Source: a virus
Virus record (IMG/VR): IMGVR_UViG_3300005262_000003
DNA length: 43,109 nucleotides
Strand: one strand, 5' to 3'
The translations under genes were made by a program, and so were the position numbers. The notes under the pieces are model-generated. The model searched no databases. It was not told the DNA's origin and saw only the letters and a program-made list of their open reading frames with translations. Below are positions 1-8,439 of this stretch, in pieces; positions within the stretch are counted from its first letter, which is position 1; each line of letters begins with the position of its first letter.

Positions 1-120
1 TGAGCAGATCCGCGCGCCACGCCGGGTCCACCTGGTTGTCGAATACGTCGGCGAGCGACGCGCAGAACACGCGCTGGCGCCGGCCGTGCTGCGCGAAGAA
101 CTCGTCGTGCCGACGGTTCC
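1..120. repeat. Terminal direct duplication, copy 1 (circular-closure overlap)
   Basis: nt 1-120 (tgagcagatccgcgcgccac...gtgccgacggttcc) match 42990-43109 base for base by direct comparison. This implies a 42,989-bp unit. Confidence 0.95.
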
Positions 121-313
121 AGGCCATGGGCTTCGCCCAGTTCGCCGGCTTCGTGCGCACGCGCGCGCCGCGCGGGCCCCACTGCACGACCTTCAGGCGG
201 CTGGCCATGTCGCGTTCCGCGTAGCAGTGGTCGCAACCCGGGCTCACCTTGGTGCAGCCGATCCACGGGTTGAACGTGTGGTCGGTCCATTCGATTTTGC
301 TGTTTTCGCTCAT
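1..313 (-). CDS. Gp37/Gp68-type (DUF5131) protein, N-terminal part; continues across the circular junction into 42385-42989
   Basis: ATG at 313-311. Reverse translation is MSENSKIEWTDHTFNPWIGCTKVSPGCDHCYAERDMASRL... It is in frame (313-70 = 3x81) with the ORF ending at 42385. Joined product is 305 aa. Confidence 0.85.
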   Translation of the reverse strand, partial: MSENSKIEWTDHTFNPWIGCTKVSPGCDHCYAERDMASRLKVVQWGPRGARVRTKPANWAKPMAWNRRHDEFFAQHGRRQRVFCASLADVFDNQVDPAWRADLL

Positions 314-318
314 GATCG

Positions 319-1089
319 TCAGGCGGTCAGTTCTTGGTAAAGCTGTTCTACGAGATCAGCCGCTTTCGTGCTGATCCTCCCCTTTTTGTTCGGCTGTATC
401 GACGGCGGTTCTTCACCGAGCCTCGCGGCCAGCGCGACGAGCCGCTGCTCGATCTGGTGTTGCGTGTATCCCTCGTCGCGCAGTTTCGCCAGCAGCTTCA
501 TGGTCGGCTTGGCGCACTCGCATTTCAGTTTCTCGAACAGGCGCTCGACCAGGTATGCGCTGCGCACGGTCACGACGTCGCGTTTGAGCTGCAGCGCCGG
601 GACCTTGCTTTTGCTGCCGAGCTGGGCGGCCAGATAGGTCCGGGTGTATCCATCGGCGATCAGCTCGTCGAGCATCTTCCAGGTGGCCTTACCCGACACC
701 AGCGCACCGTCGCCGGCGGCGGCCGCGGTGACCTTCAAGATGGCGCGCTCGGTCGAGGCGCGGATGTTTGTCTTGCGGCCCGAGATGATGTCCGCCAGCA
801 CGGTGTCGGCCACGTCGCACGCCGCGCCGACAGAACGCCTCCCGACGCCCTGCGCCGATAGCGCCTTCAGGTGCGCGCGGGCTTTCGCAGCCGGCACGAT
901 GCCGTTTCCTTCGCCGGCGGCGCGCGCCACCTTCCGGGCTGCCTCGTATGCGGTGTTGGCGCTCCTGCAGCGGAAGCAGCGGCAGCCTGCCCTGTAGCGC
1001 AGCCGGTCGCCGTGGTCTCGGCCGGCGGCGAGCTCCGCTACTGGCCGCAGGCCGCGCGCGCTCAGTGCGTTTTGCGATGGCTGGGTCAC
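319..1089 (-). CDS. Hypothetical early protein, 256 aa, with Cys-rich N-terminal motif (GCRCFRC); possible DNA-binding role
   Basis: ORF track. GTG start overlaps the upstream stop (GTGA at 1086-1089). Co-oriented in the early-left operon. Confidence 0.7.
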   Translation of the reverse strand: MTQPSQNALSARGLRPVAELAAGRDHGDRLRYRAGCRCFRCRSANTAYEAARKVARAAGEGNGIVPAAKARAHLKALSAQGVGRRSVGAACDVADTVLADIISGRKTNIRASTERAILKVTAAAAGDGALVSGKATWKMLDELIADGYTRTYLAAQLGSKSKVPALQLKRDVVTVRSAYLVERLFEKLKCECAKPTMKLLAKLRDEGYTQHQIEQRLVALAARLGEEPPSIQPNKKGRISTKAADLVEQLYQELTA

Positions 1090-1967
1090 GATTCGTTCCT
1101 CGCATGGCTTCTGGCCGTCTGTACGTCTGCCGCGAGCTGCCTATCGGCGACGGACGCATACAAGGCGCTGTACGACCAAGTCGTATCACGGAACACCCGG
1201 CCGTCTTCGAAGTCGCGCGTGCACCCCAGAACGTCGTTGGCGATGTCCTTGTCCTCGTTGTCGCGAATCGTGAACCGGCTCAGCGCGTATTCAACGGCGC
1301 CGCATCCATCATTCCAGTCGCCGCGCACGTCCTCCATGGCGACAGCCAGGTCGAGCCGCTGGTCGCGCCCGCGCAGGGCTTCCAGCACGTCGTGCCATTC
1401 AGATTCGATGGGCAGACCATAGCGCTGGATAATTGTGACCAGCTCCAGGTCGGCCCGGCGCTTGGCGATCCTCTCGGCCTCCGCGCGCTCGGCAGCCACC
1501 TTGTCCCGCTCGGCCTGCTGCTTCGCTGCCGCCTCGAATTCGCGGTAGCGCTTCGACAATTCCTCGTAGGTGCGAGTAGCAGCTGCAAAGCCATCATCCG
1601 TTTTGCATTCGCGCACGAGATCGGACAGGAATCCGGCGGAGCTGCTGAAGGTCTTCGGGCGGCGGGCTCGCGAGTTCGTGTCGCGTTGAGTGAAGCTGCG
1701 AGGCATGCCGATCTCAGCCATCACAGCTTCGACGTGCTCGCGCACCGCCTGGTTGTTGGCCAGCGCCGGCACGTTCCGTTCATGCGTGGCCACGTCGACG
1801 GCGCGCGCCCTCTCCAGTTCGGCCAAAGCATGGGCGGCAACGCGATCGGGTGCGGGTTTCCGGTAGCTGTAGCTGCTCATGTGCGACTCGTAGCTTTGCG
1901 GTGACGCCATGCATTTGCCCACGGCGCCGCACTGCTCGATCGGCATGATTTTCAGTGCGGCGCTCAC
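1086..1967 (-). CDS. Hypothetical early protein, 293 aa, with charged coiled-coil centre
   Basis: ORF track. GTG start at 1967, one nt after the upstream stop. An alternative ATG lies at 1946. Confidence 0.65.
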   Translation of the reverse strand: MSAALKIMPIEQCGAVGKCMASPQSYESHMSSYSYRKPAPDRVAAHALAELERARAVDVATHERNVPALANNQAVREHVEAVMAEIGMPRSFTQRDTNSRARRPKTFSSSAGFLSDLVRECKTDDGFAAATRTYEELSKRYREFEAAAKQQAERDKVAAERAEAERIAKRRADLELVTIIQRYGLPIESEWHDVLEALRGRDQRLDLAVAMEDVRGDWNDGCGAVEYALSRFTIRDNEDKDIANDVLGCTRDFEDGRVFRDTTWSYSALYASVADRQLAADVQTARSHARNES

Positions 1968-1968
1968 G

Positions 1969-2496
1969 TCAGGCCGCCTTCTCTTCGTTGAAGAGGTCGT
2001 ACACGTCAGCCGGCGGCGGAGGCGTCAGCGTCAGGTCGATGTTCTGTTTCTGCTTCGCGCACAGCTTGCCGACATGCTCCTCCTCCGGGTGTGCCGAAAT
2101 GTTGCACTTGACGACCACGCTACCGCCTTCCATGGGGGTGATGCTGAAGCTTCCGACTTCGGCGTCGCCCAGGACGATGTCGCTCTCGCCGCCCAGGCCA
2201 TAGTCCACAACGGCGGTATAGCCCGTGCCTTCCCATTCCCAGTCGAACGGGGACATCTTCGGGAAGCGCAGCACCGTCGGCTGCTCCGGGTCGGCCAGCA
2301 GGTCGCCGTCGTCGTTGTTCTGGTCGGCCATGCGATAGAGGGCATCGCGCAGACCCGGGGCGAAATTCATCAGATGCTTATTCGGCACCGTCGCCTCGAT
2401 CGTGAGGACGCACGCCAGCTTGTAGTCCTTGCCGTGGTTTTCCATCGGCGTAGACACTTTCACGAGTTTGACCTGCTGCTTTTCGAGTTCGAACAT
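1969..2496 (-). CDS. Hypothetical early protein, 175 aa
   Basis: ORF track. Strong AGGAG Shine-Dalgarno upstream of the ATG (accaggagatgtaaATG on the minus strand). Confidence 0.8.
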   Translation of the reverse strand: MFELEKQQVKLVKVSTPMENHGKDYKLACVLTIEATVPNKHLMNFAPGLRDALYRMADQNNDDGDLLADPEQPTVLRFPKMSPFDWEWEGTGYTAVVDYGLGGESDIVLGDAEVGSFSITPMEGGSVVVKCNISAHPEEEHVGKLCAKQKQNIDLTLTPPPPADVYDLFNEEKAA

Positions 2497-2511
2497 TTAC
2501 ATCTCCTGGTC

Positions 2512-2745
2512 CTATTGGTGGTTGGTGGGGTGCTGCTTTTGATAGTTGAGGTACGCGCGGCGGATCCGCTCATCCCAGCGCGCCTGCGCGGCCGCGTCGC
2601 GGTCCAGCTCGGCGCGCGAGCTGACTTCGCACAGCTCGCGCACGCGCTCGGCGGCGGCCTCGTTGCTGTCGACGCCGAGGAACCGCTGGAAGTCCTGCTC
2701 GCGGCAGTGCAGGACCGTCCACAGGCACGGGCGCTGGCCGGCCAT
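2512..2745 (-). CDS. Hypothetical small protein, 77 aa
   Basis: Internal ATG (2745) of ORF 2512-3048, placed 2 nt after the stop of the upstream gene (2748-2750). The longer ORF would overlap gene 2748-3158. Confidence 0.55.
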   Translation of the reverse strand: MAGQRPCLWTVLHCREQDFQRFLGVDSNEAAAERVRELCEVSSRAELDRDAAAQARWDERIRRAYLNYQKQHPTNHQ

Positions 2746-2747
2746 GA

Positions 2748-3158
2748 TCAATCCGACGAATCGATGGTTTGGACGAAGCCGCACTTTTTGCACGTGTACT
2801 TCGTCAGGCAGCGGCCGACTTCTTCGCTCGTAGACTCGTGCTGGCAGCCGAACTTGAAGATGCTGATCTTCTTTTCCCAGTAGTCGCCAATCAGGGCGAA
2901 GCCGGTGTCGTCGTGCATGAAGTACAAAAAGGCGTCTCCAGCCAAGGTGCGAGACCAGCCAGCAGCCAGCGGGGTGTAGCGGAAGAAGTTCGATTGCGCG
3001 AACTCCTCCTGGGTGATCTCGGTCCAGCCGTTCGGATGGACTTCGCAACCGTAGCGATATTTCGGGTGCGGTACCGATTCAATTTCACCGCCCCAGTATT
3101 TGGTGATCGCCTGCTGCTGAGTGAGCTCGCGCTGGCCTTGAATGTGGTTGAAGAGCAT
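2748..3158 (-). CDS. Hypothetical protein, 136 aa, with C-terminal CxxC pair
   Basis: ORF track. AAGGA Shine-Dalgarno before the ATG at 3158. Confidence 0.75.
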   Translation of the reverse strand: MLFNHIQGQRELTQQQAITKYWGGEIESVPHPKYRYGCEVHPNGWTEITQEEFAQSNFFRYTPLAAGWSRTLAGDAFLYFMHDDTGFALIGDYWEKKISIFKFGCQHESTSEEVGRCLTKYTCKKCGFVQTIDSSD

Positions 3159-3174
3159 GTTGTGTCCTTTCGAG

Positions 3175-4233
3175 TTACGCGGCCTTTGGCTGGGCCACGG
3201 CGCTGATGTGCCGCTGCAGCGCGGCGCAGATCCGCAGGAAGTCCGACTCGCGATACAACTTCGCGGACTTGTCCGTCATCGCGTGCGCGAAGCCCAGGCG
3301 CGCGAGGCCGTCGGCGGTCAGCGTGATCGGCGCCAGGCGCTCGTTGATCTGGCCAAGTCGCAACATGGCTTCGTCGTCCGCTGCCGGTACACGCGCGACA
3401 TCAATGTCCGTCACCGTCGCCGCCATTGCTGGCTGAGCCTCGCGCCGCCGTTCCAGCGCGTCGACCAAGACCTGGTGCACCGGGTGCATCTCGGGCGCGG
3501 CCGCGGCCTGCACGAGCTCGGCGGGCGCCGGCGCGGCGGACACTTCCTGGAAGTCGGGGTCGAACTCGGCGTCGACGGCATCATCTACCGGTGCGCGCAG
3601 CACGCCCTCGAACAACTGCACCATGCTGTCGAACTTCACGAGGCGCGCGGCCATGTCGTCGATGAACGCGTCGTCACGGAAGATGCGCTTCACGAACAGG
3701 TCCTTCCCGACGGCGGCCAAGTCCGGCACGTACATGATGAAGTCGCACCACTTCCGGCCCGTGATCCACATGCCGCCCTGCATCTGGTGGTCGTATTCGC
3801 TCGTGTCACCGGACTGCCACATCGCCAGAATCTTCGTGCTGTCGATCGGCGCTTTGATTTCGATGAGGCCGTCGTCGTCGACCAGACCGTCGGTGCTGTA
3901 GCCGAAGGCGCCGTCGTCGGTCACGCAGATGCCGGCCTCGGTGACGAAAGCTCCAGTGCGGCCCTCGTAGATACGGCGCGCATGCGCCTCCATCTCGTGG
4001 CCGCGCTCGAGCACCCACGCTTTCGGCGGCTCGCCGTGCGGCTGGCCGCTGATGCGCTCGATCGCCAGATCGGCGGCGTAGCGCTCAGCTACCGCCGTCG
4101 GGTCTCCCGAATCACGCGAAGCAGACTTTTTTTGGCAGACGCTGATGGCGTCGGCGAAGCACGAGGCGGTGATCTTGCCGCTTCGCGCGGCGAGCCATTC
4201 GGCGCTGCCCTGCGGGCATTCGATGAACTTCAT
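3175..4233 (-). CDS. YqaJ/lambda-Exo-like recombination exonuclease (PD-(D/E)XK) with C-terminal extension
   Basis: N-terminus MKFIECPQGSAEWLAARSGKITAS, plus GYSTDGLV...GLIEIKAP and MQGGMW motifs typical of YqaJ viral recombinases. ATGA overlap with the upstream recT. Confidence 0.85.
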   Translation of the reverse strand: MKFIECPQGSAEWLAARSGKITASCFADAISVCQKKSASRDSGDPTAVAERYAADLAIERISGQPHGEPPKAWVLERGHEMEAHARRIYEGRTGAFVTEAGICVTDDGAFGYSTDGLVDDDGLIEIKAPIDSTKILAMWQSGDTSEYDHQMQGGMWITGRKWCDFIMYVPDLAAVGKDLFVKRIFRDDAFIDDMAARLVKFDSMVQLFEGVLRAPVDDAVDAEFDPDFQEVSAAPAPAELVQAAAAPEMHPVHQVLVDALERRREAQPAMAATVTDIDVARVPAADDEAMLRLGQINERLAPITLTADGLARLGFAHAMTDKSAKLYRESDFLRICAALQRHISAVAQPKAA

Positions 4234-5234
4234 GGTTGTGCTCCCAGGCTACGTTGGAAATCGGCGTCCTCATCGGACAGCGGCGGCGGCATGTCGGCGG
4301 CTGCCGGCGGCGACGGCTGCGGCGCGCGCGGCGGCTCCATGTCGATCGTGCGCGCGGCGTCGGCGGCATCACGCAGCGCTTGACGGTGGCTGGCGATCGC
4401 GTCCTTGAGCTTCTTGTGGTCCTGCGGCTGGCGCGCCAGCTTGCCGTTGTTCTCGCGCCAGTACTTCAGGGCGTCGGCGTCCGTGCGCGTGGCGATCGCG
4501 TCGGCGATCATCGGCGCGACGTCGATCCAGTCGGCCGGCCGCTCGTTCAGGTCGACCATGCGCTCGCCGTTCTGGCTGAGCTGGTCCATGGCGTTGTCCA
4601 GGCGCTCAGTCTTCGGCCAGAGCTTGTACGCGCGGCGGATGACTGTCTTCTTGATCATCTCGCCCTCGTCGGTTTTCCACGGGCCGCCGCCGTTGCGCTT
4701 CCACGATTCCGAGCGGTCGCGGATGCTGTAGATGTCGTCGATGTCCATGATCGTGGTCAGGTAATCGCCGTTGTGCAGCTTCACGACCACGTACGCGCCA
4801 ACGATCTCGCCGCGGTTCTTCCCGAACGGCTCGAAGTCGTGCACAGGCTGCTTGTCCATGCCCACCTTGCGGAACGCGTCGTTCTCGCGCACCAGCTCGG
4901 CCTGGCCCCACAGGATCGATCCCGAGGCGACAGCGATGTCCAGCAGGCCGATATAGCTGATGTCGAGGCAGATCTTGCCGCCACGCGGCACCAGGTAGGC
5001 CTGCTTGCGCGCCGGGTTCAGGCTGATGCCGATGGCGGCGATGTTGGTCACGGCCGCGATCAGCGACGGCTTGGCGCCCATCGCGACCTTCATCGCGTAG
5101 TCGTTGTTCTGCAGGATCTGGATCGCGAAGCCGCTTTCGCGCTCGAAGCTGATGCTGCGGTCGACGAGGACGCGCGAGAAATCGTCGCGCGCTTCCTGGA
5201 TGGCGCCGGTGATGATGGCGAGGGCGTTACTCAT
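4230..5234 (-). CDS. recT: RecT-family single-strand annealing protein
   Basis: Motifs LNPARKQAYLVPRGGK, ISYIGLLDIA, GAYVVVKL, PWKTDEGEMIKKTVIRRAYKLWP. Paired with the YqaJ exonuclease. Confidence 0.9.
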   Translation of the reverse strand: MSNALAIITGAIQEARDDFSRVLVDRSISFERESGFAIQILQNNDYAMKVAMGAKPSLIAAVTNIAAIGISLNPARKQAYLVPRGGKICLDISYIGLLDIAVASGSILWGQAELVRENDAFRKVGMDKQPVHDFEPFGKNRGEIVGAYVVVKLHNGDYLTTIMDIDDIYSIRDRSESWKRNGGGPWKTDEGEMIKKTVIRRAYKLWPKTERLDNAMDQLSQNGERMVDLNERPADWIDVAPMIADAIATRTDADALKYWRENNGKLARQPQDHKKLKDAIASHRQALRDAADAARTIDMEPPRAPQPSPPAAADMPPPLSDEDADFQRSLGAQP

Positions 5235-5671
5235 TGGGCTTCCTTTCGTTTCAGCTGTTTCGCCAGCTGGTGGGTTTCAACGTGATGTTTCTTGCACAGC
5301 CAGGTCACGGCGAGCGGCAGCGAGTAATCGGCGTGATGTGCTTCGGCTCTCTGGGCGCCGCAGATGAAACAGGGCTGCGGGATCAGCCTCCCCAACTTGA
5401 TGGCGTTGCTGACGATGGTGTTCGCCGCGAACTGCTCGGGGTGCGTCCCTCGACGCTTCAAGTACGTACGGCGTAGAACAGCTTTGCCGGCCGCTGTCTT
5501 GCTGTACGCAGACTTCCTCGCCGCGGTCGCCTCCGGGTTTGCGTTGCGATATGCGGCGACGTCGGCGCGCGTGCATTCCTTGCACTTCCCCAGGTGGCCG
5601 TCAGCCATCCGCTTGTGCCGATAGAACTCGGTCAGCGGCAGCTCGCGGCGGCACTTGAAGCAGGTCTTCAT
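5231..5671 (-). CDS. HNH-type zinc-ribbon nuclease-like protein
   Basis: CFKC...CKEC N-terminal ribbon. C-terminal CFICG...AHHADYSLPLAVTWLCKKHHVETH (HNH-like). ATGA overlap with recT. Confidence 0.7.
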   Translation of the reverse strand: MKTCFKCRRELPLTEFYRHKRMADGHLGKCKECTRADVAAYRNANPEATAARKSAYSKTAAGKAVLRRTYLKRRGTHPEQFAANTIVSNAIKLGRLIPQPCFICGAQRAEAHHADYSLPLAVTWLCKKHHVETHQLAKQLKRKEAQ

Positions 5672-5673
5672 GG

Positions 5674-5778
5674 CTAGAACCCCAGCAAATAGCTGCTCAC
5701 GGCACGGGCGACGGCCTGGCGCGGCTGGAAGCCGGCGCGCAGGTACAGGCGGTACTGGTTGAAGATGTGGCGGATCAT
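5674..5778 (-). CDS. Mini-ORF, 34 aa (MIRHIFNQYRLYLRAGFQPRQAVARAVSSYLLGF)
   Basis: ATG at 5778 preceded by a GAGGAA Shine-Dalgarno. Its stop is 2 nt before the next start. Below the ORF-track cutoff when taken from this start. Confidence 0.45.
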   Translation of the reverse strand: MIRHIFNQYRLYLRAGFQPRQAVARAVSSYLLGF

Positions 5779-5798
5779 GGGTTCCTCGGGTTGGTGGG

Positions 5799-6005
5799 TT
5801 ACCAGGTGCTGATTTGCTTGCGGCGCGCCATCAGGCGCACTTCGCGGATTCGTTCGGTGCGCACGAGGCTGACGAGGTCCTCGCGCATCTGGAGCAGGCG
5901 GGCGGCTTCGCCGGCGGACGCGGTCAGCGCGCGGTCGGTCAGCCACAGCGCGGCCGGCTTGATGGCCTTGCGCACCAGGCGGCGCGCGATGCGGGCGGCG
6001 ATCAC
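5799..6005 (-). CDS. Hypothetical small protein, 68 aa
   Basis: GTG at 6005 overlaps the upstream stop (GTGA, 6002-6005). In frame with ORF 5799-6125. Confidence 0.5.
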   Translation of the reverse strand: MIAARIARRLVRKAIKPAALWLTDRALTASAGEAARLLQMREDLVSLVRTERIREVRLMARRKQISTW

Positions 6006-6388
6006 GATTTCACCTCGACCTGGCCTTCGCCTTTGCAGTCCGGGCAGGCCACGTCCTTCTCGACGTGGTAGCCGGCCTCGCACGTGGCGATCATCGTCAC
6101 GCCGACGCCTTCGCAGGTGTCGCACAGGCGGCAGCCCTCGTCGGCCTTCTCCAGGTTCGCGGCGACCGGGCCGCGCTCGCGCACATCGTCAGGCACGTCG
6201 AGGTGCCTGCGGCCGTCGCGCAGGTCGCGGCTCAGCTTTTCGCAGGCGTCGGCTCCGGCCTTGATCGATTGCAGATACCGATCCGCTGCCTCGCGCCCAC
6301 TCCAGTGCGTGGAACGATCCCGCATCCATTCGGCAGCGGCCCTTGCGTCGGCCAGCGCGACGCGGATGTCCGACAGTTCGCGGCTCAC
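6002..6388 (-). CDS. Small protein, 128 aa, with two DnaJ-type CxxCxGxG zinc-finger repeats
   Basis: GTG at 6388 overlaps the upstream stop (GTGA). The C-terminus contains CDTCEGVG and CPDCKGEG. Confidence 0.65.
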   Translation of the reverse strand: MSRELSDIRVALADARAAAEWMRDRSTHWSGREAADRYLQSIKAGADACEKLSRDLRDGRRHLDVPDDVRERGPVAANLEKADEGCRLCDTCEGVGVTMIATCEAGYHVEKDVACPDCKGEGQVEVKS

Positions 6389-6675
6389 TTGGCACGCTCC
6401 GCAAGCATGGCGTCGGCCATCTTGTATGCCTTCGCCGCGATCTCGGGAATATCGCAGCCCCACGTATCGCCATGGGCGCAAATGCCCTGCATCGCCTTCG
6501 CCGCGAAGTAGTCGCGCAGTGTCATGCCCTGCATGGCTTGGCCACGCACCTCGGTGTACACGCGGTCGCGCTCGGCCGGATCCTCGATGCCGCTGATTGC
6601 GCCTACCGCGATAGCGTGCGCCGACTGCCCGTCGCTGGTCGGGAACGCTTGCCCGCCGGTCTTCTTCAGGTCCAT
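6385..6675 (-). CDS. Hypothetical protein, 96 aa
   Basis: ORF track. GAGGAG Shine-Dalgarno before the ATG at 6675. Confidence 0.75.
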   Translation of the reverse strand: MDLKKTGGQAFPTSDGQSAHAIAVGAISGIEDPAERDRVYTEVRGQAMQGMTLRDYFAAKAMQGICAHGDTWGCDIPEIAAKAYKMADAMLAERAK

Positions 6676-6715
6676 CTTCTGCTCCTCGTTCTGGCCGGCG
6701 CCGCCGGCGGTTGGT

Positions 6716-6910
6716 TTATTGGTGTGGTGCCGTCGCTGCTTCGTTATCGCGGGACAGGGTCAGTTCCATGTCGATGGCGCGCAGGGCGATGTCCAAGCCC
6801 GCGTTGATGCCGTCGACGTAAAGTCCCGGGTAGCGGTGCTTGACGTCGCGAGCGGCCTGCACGATCTTCTTGAGGCCTTCCAGGCGCATGGAAGTGGTCT
6901 GCGTGCTCAC
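6716..6910 (-). CDS. Hypothetical small protein, 64 aa
   Basis: GTG at 6910 overlaps the upstream stop (GTGA 6907-6910). An alternative ATG lies at 6889. Confidence 0.5.
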   Translation of the reverse strand: MSTQTTSMRLEGLKKIVQAARDVKHRYPGLYVDGINAGLDIALRAIDMELTLSRDNEAATAPHQ

Positions 6911-7254
6911 ATCAGCACCCCGTACTGGCGATCCCACGCGCGGCGCTCGATACGAGCCCACCGCTCCTGCTCCTTGCGCACCTGCTCCATGCGCTCGATC
7001 TGCTTGATCGCTGCGACTTCCGCGTCGTTCTCGATCACCTTGTCGCGGATTTGGACGAAGGTGAGTTCGCCGGTCACGAGCTTGTTCAGATCGTCGTAGG
7101 CAAACGCGAGGTAGTCGGTAACGCAGTCGCCGACTTCGCGGATCGTGGTCAGGTCGCCAGCTGCAATCAGCGCCTTCGTGTGGTCTGCGTTCTTGGCGGT
7201 GCGCTCGGCGATGGCAGCGTCGCGGGCCTCTTCGGGGGACATGCGGGCGTTCAT
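6907..7254 (-). CDS. Hypothetical protein, 115 aa
   Basis: Internal ATG (7254) of ORF 6907-7293, preceded by a GGAGG Shine-Dalgarno. The upstream mini-ORF stops at 7256. Confidence 0.65.
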   Translation of the reverse strand: MNARMSPEEARDAAIAERTAKNADHTKALIAAGDLTTIREVGDCVTDYLAFAYDDLNKLVTGELTFVQIRDKVIENDAEVAAIKQIERMEQVRKEQERWARIERRAWDRQYGVLM

Positions 7255-7255
7255 G

Positions 7256-7414
7256 TCAGGCCTCCGCAGCGGCCAGGAAGGTTTGCGCTTCAACTTCGGT
7301 GCGCAGGTGCGGCGTGCTCATGCGCTGGTAGAAGCCGCTCGACCAGGTGCGGGTGATGACGTAGCCGTTGTACGACTTCTTGATCTGCCAGGCGCCGGGG
7401 GTGTGCTTGCTCAT
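7256..7414 (-). CDS. Mini-ORF, 52 aa (MSKHTPGAWQIKKSYNGYVITRTW...)
   Basis: Hand translation. GGGAGAG Shine-Dalgarno before the ATG at 7414. G/C-rich third positions. Not in the ORF track (<60 aa). Confidence 0.55.
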   Translation of the reverse strand: MSKHTPGAWQIKKSYNGYVITRTWSSGFYQRMSTPHLRTEVEAQTFLAAAEA

Positions 7415-7429
7415 CGTGCTCTCCCGGAC

Positions 7430-7591
7430 TCAAAAGTTCCAGGCTTTAGCGCCGGCAGCCTTCGCCGCTGCCTTGGCCTCAGCCTTGCTGTCGAACAGCT
7501 GCTCGGACACGATGCCCTCGGAAATCGACGGGCCGGTACTGATGATCAGGCGGGCCTTTTTGCCAGCCGCGCGGTAGATGTGTGCGTACAT
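7430..7591 (-). CDS. Mini-ORF, 53 aa, first gene of the leftward early operon (MYAHIYRAAGKKARLIISTGPS...AKAWNF)
   Basis: Hand translation. GGAGA Shine-Dalgarno before the ATG at 7591. Lies directly downstream of the PL-like promoter. Confidence 0.55.
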   Translation of the reverse strand: MYAHIYRAAGKKARLIISTGPSISEGIVSEQLFDSKAEAKAAAKAAGAKAWNF

Positions 7592-7636
7592 TCGGGGTCT
7601 CCATCTGCCCTGCTGGGCTCGGTTGCGATGGAGACA

Positions 7637-7677
7637 TTATTAGCTATGCTTTTTTCTTAGTCAAGAGCATTGCTTAT
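7637..7677 (-). promoter_or_regulatory. PL-like early-left promoter with OL operators
   Basis: Minus strand reads TTGACT (7664-7659), 16-nt spacer, TAATAA (7642-7637). The 15-mer AAGAGCATTGCTTAT (7663-7677) is the exact reverse complement of 9569-9583. A related AGCATAGCT lies in the spacer. Confidence 0.7.
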
Positions 7678-7719
7678 ATTTTTACGCATGGACGCGCCCC
7701 GGGTCCGGACGCGGGGCGC

Positions 7720-7745
7720 AAAAAAGCCCGCACTTGGCGGGCTTT
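7720..7745 (-). terminator. Intrinsic terminator closing the cI-orf91-lipoprotein unit
   Basis: Minus strand reads aaagcccgc-caagt-gcgggcttt followed by tttttt (plus-strand A-run 7720-7725). It lies 18 nt downstream of the lipoprotein stop. Confidence 0.7.
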
Positions 7746-7762
7746 GAAGGAATCAAAAGCGG

Positions 7763-8416
7763 TTACTGAACTTGGATGCTTGACGGGCAACTACCGACGA
7801 ACGTCCGCCAGAATGTCCTGCCAGCATAGCTGTACTCACAGTTCCAGCCGGACTGGTAGGTAACCGTTTGCACCTGCGTTTGTTTTCCTGTCCAGTATGC
7901 AGTCGCGGCCACCTGCAGGGGAGTCGGCGCTACTGAAGCAACCGGAGGAATCGTTGACACTCTGGGAGTAATCGGAGTGTAAGTCAACGGTTGAGGCTGA
8001 GACGCCTGGTTTGCCTGCATTAACTGAAGCGCAAGCGCCGTTCGCGCACGTTGATCAGCTTGCTGTTGCGCTGCAATTTGTTGAGCAATCGCTGTAATTC
8101 TTGCTCGTTTGTCCCGCTGCCTGAACTCAAACTCCTCTTTCGTTATAGATGCGTTTTCGTATTGCTGCGCATCCCACTGCATTTGGTTAATGACCTGTAT
8201 GATCTGCGGGGAAGTTCCGATAGCCAGATGTCTTTGATATAAACCGCTGTAATACACCGACCATTTAACTGCCCCATTTTCAGCCAGAGGCTTATTTGTT
8301 TCTATATAGCTTCGAAGCTCAACTGCTTTTTGGTCCGACTGGGACTGCTGCAACTGATTAGCGCAACCCGCGACGAGTAAACCGAGCGCCGCGATAAAAT
8401 ATTTTCGGATACTCAT
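7763..8416 (-). CDS. Lipoprotein, 217 aa, low G+C, unknown function (candidate superinfection-exclusion or defence factor)
   Basis: Internal ATG 8416 gives MSIRKYFIAALGLLVAGC (lipobox LVAGC). Followed by a Q-rich helical middle, a Pro-rich linker, and a C-terminal two-Cys domain. Sampled 60-nt windows are about 40-48% G+C. Confidence 0.8.
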   Translation of the reverse strand: MSIRKYFIAALGLLVAGCANQLQQSQSDQKAVELRSYIETNKPLAENGAVKWSVYYSGLYQRHLAIGTSPQIIQVINQMQWDAQQYENASITKEEFEFRQRDKRARITAIAQQIAAQQQADQRARTALALQLMQANQASQPQPLTYTPITPRVSTIPPVASVAPTPLQVAATAYWTGKQTQVQTVTYQSGWNCEYSYAGRTFWRTFVGSCPSSIQVQ

Positions 8417-8439
8417 ATTGTCTAAGAAATCAGTCGTGT

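Noticed and set aside
7694-7719. GC-rich hairpin gcgccccg...cggggcgc next to the cassette terminator.
   Set aside because: It has no T-run on either strand in the correct position. It may simply reinforce the adjacent terminator at 7720-7745, so I did not call it separately.
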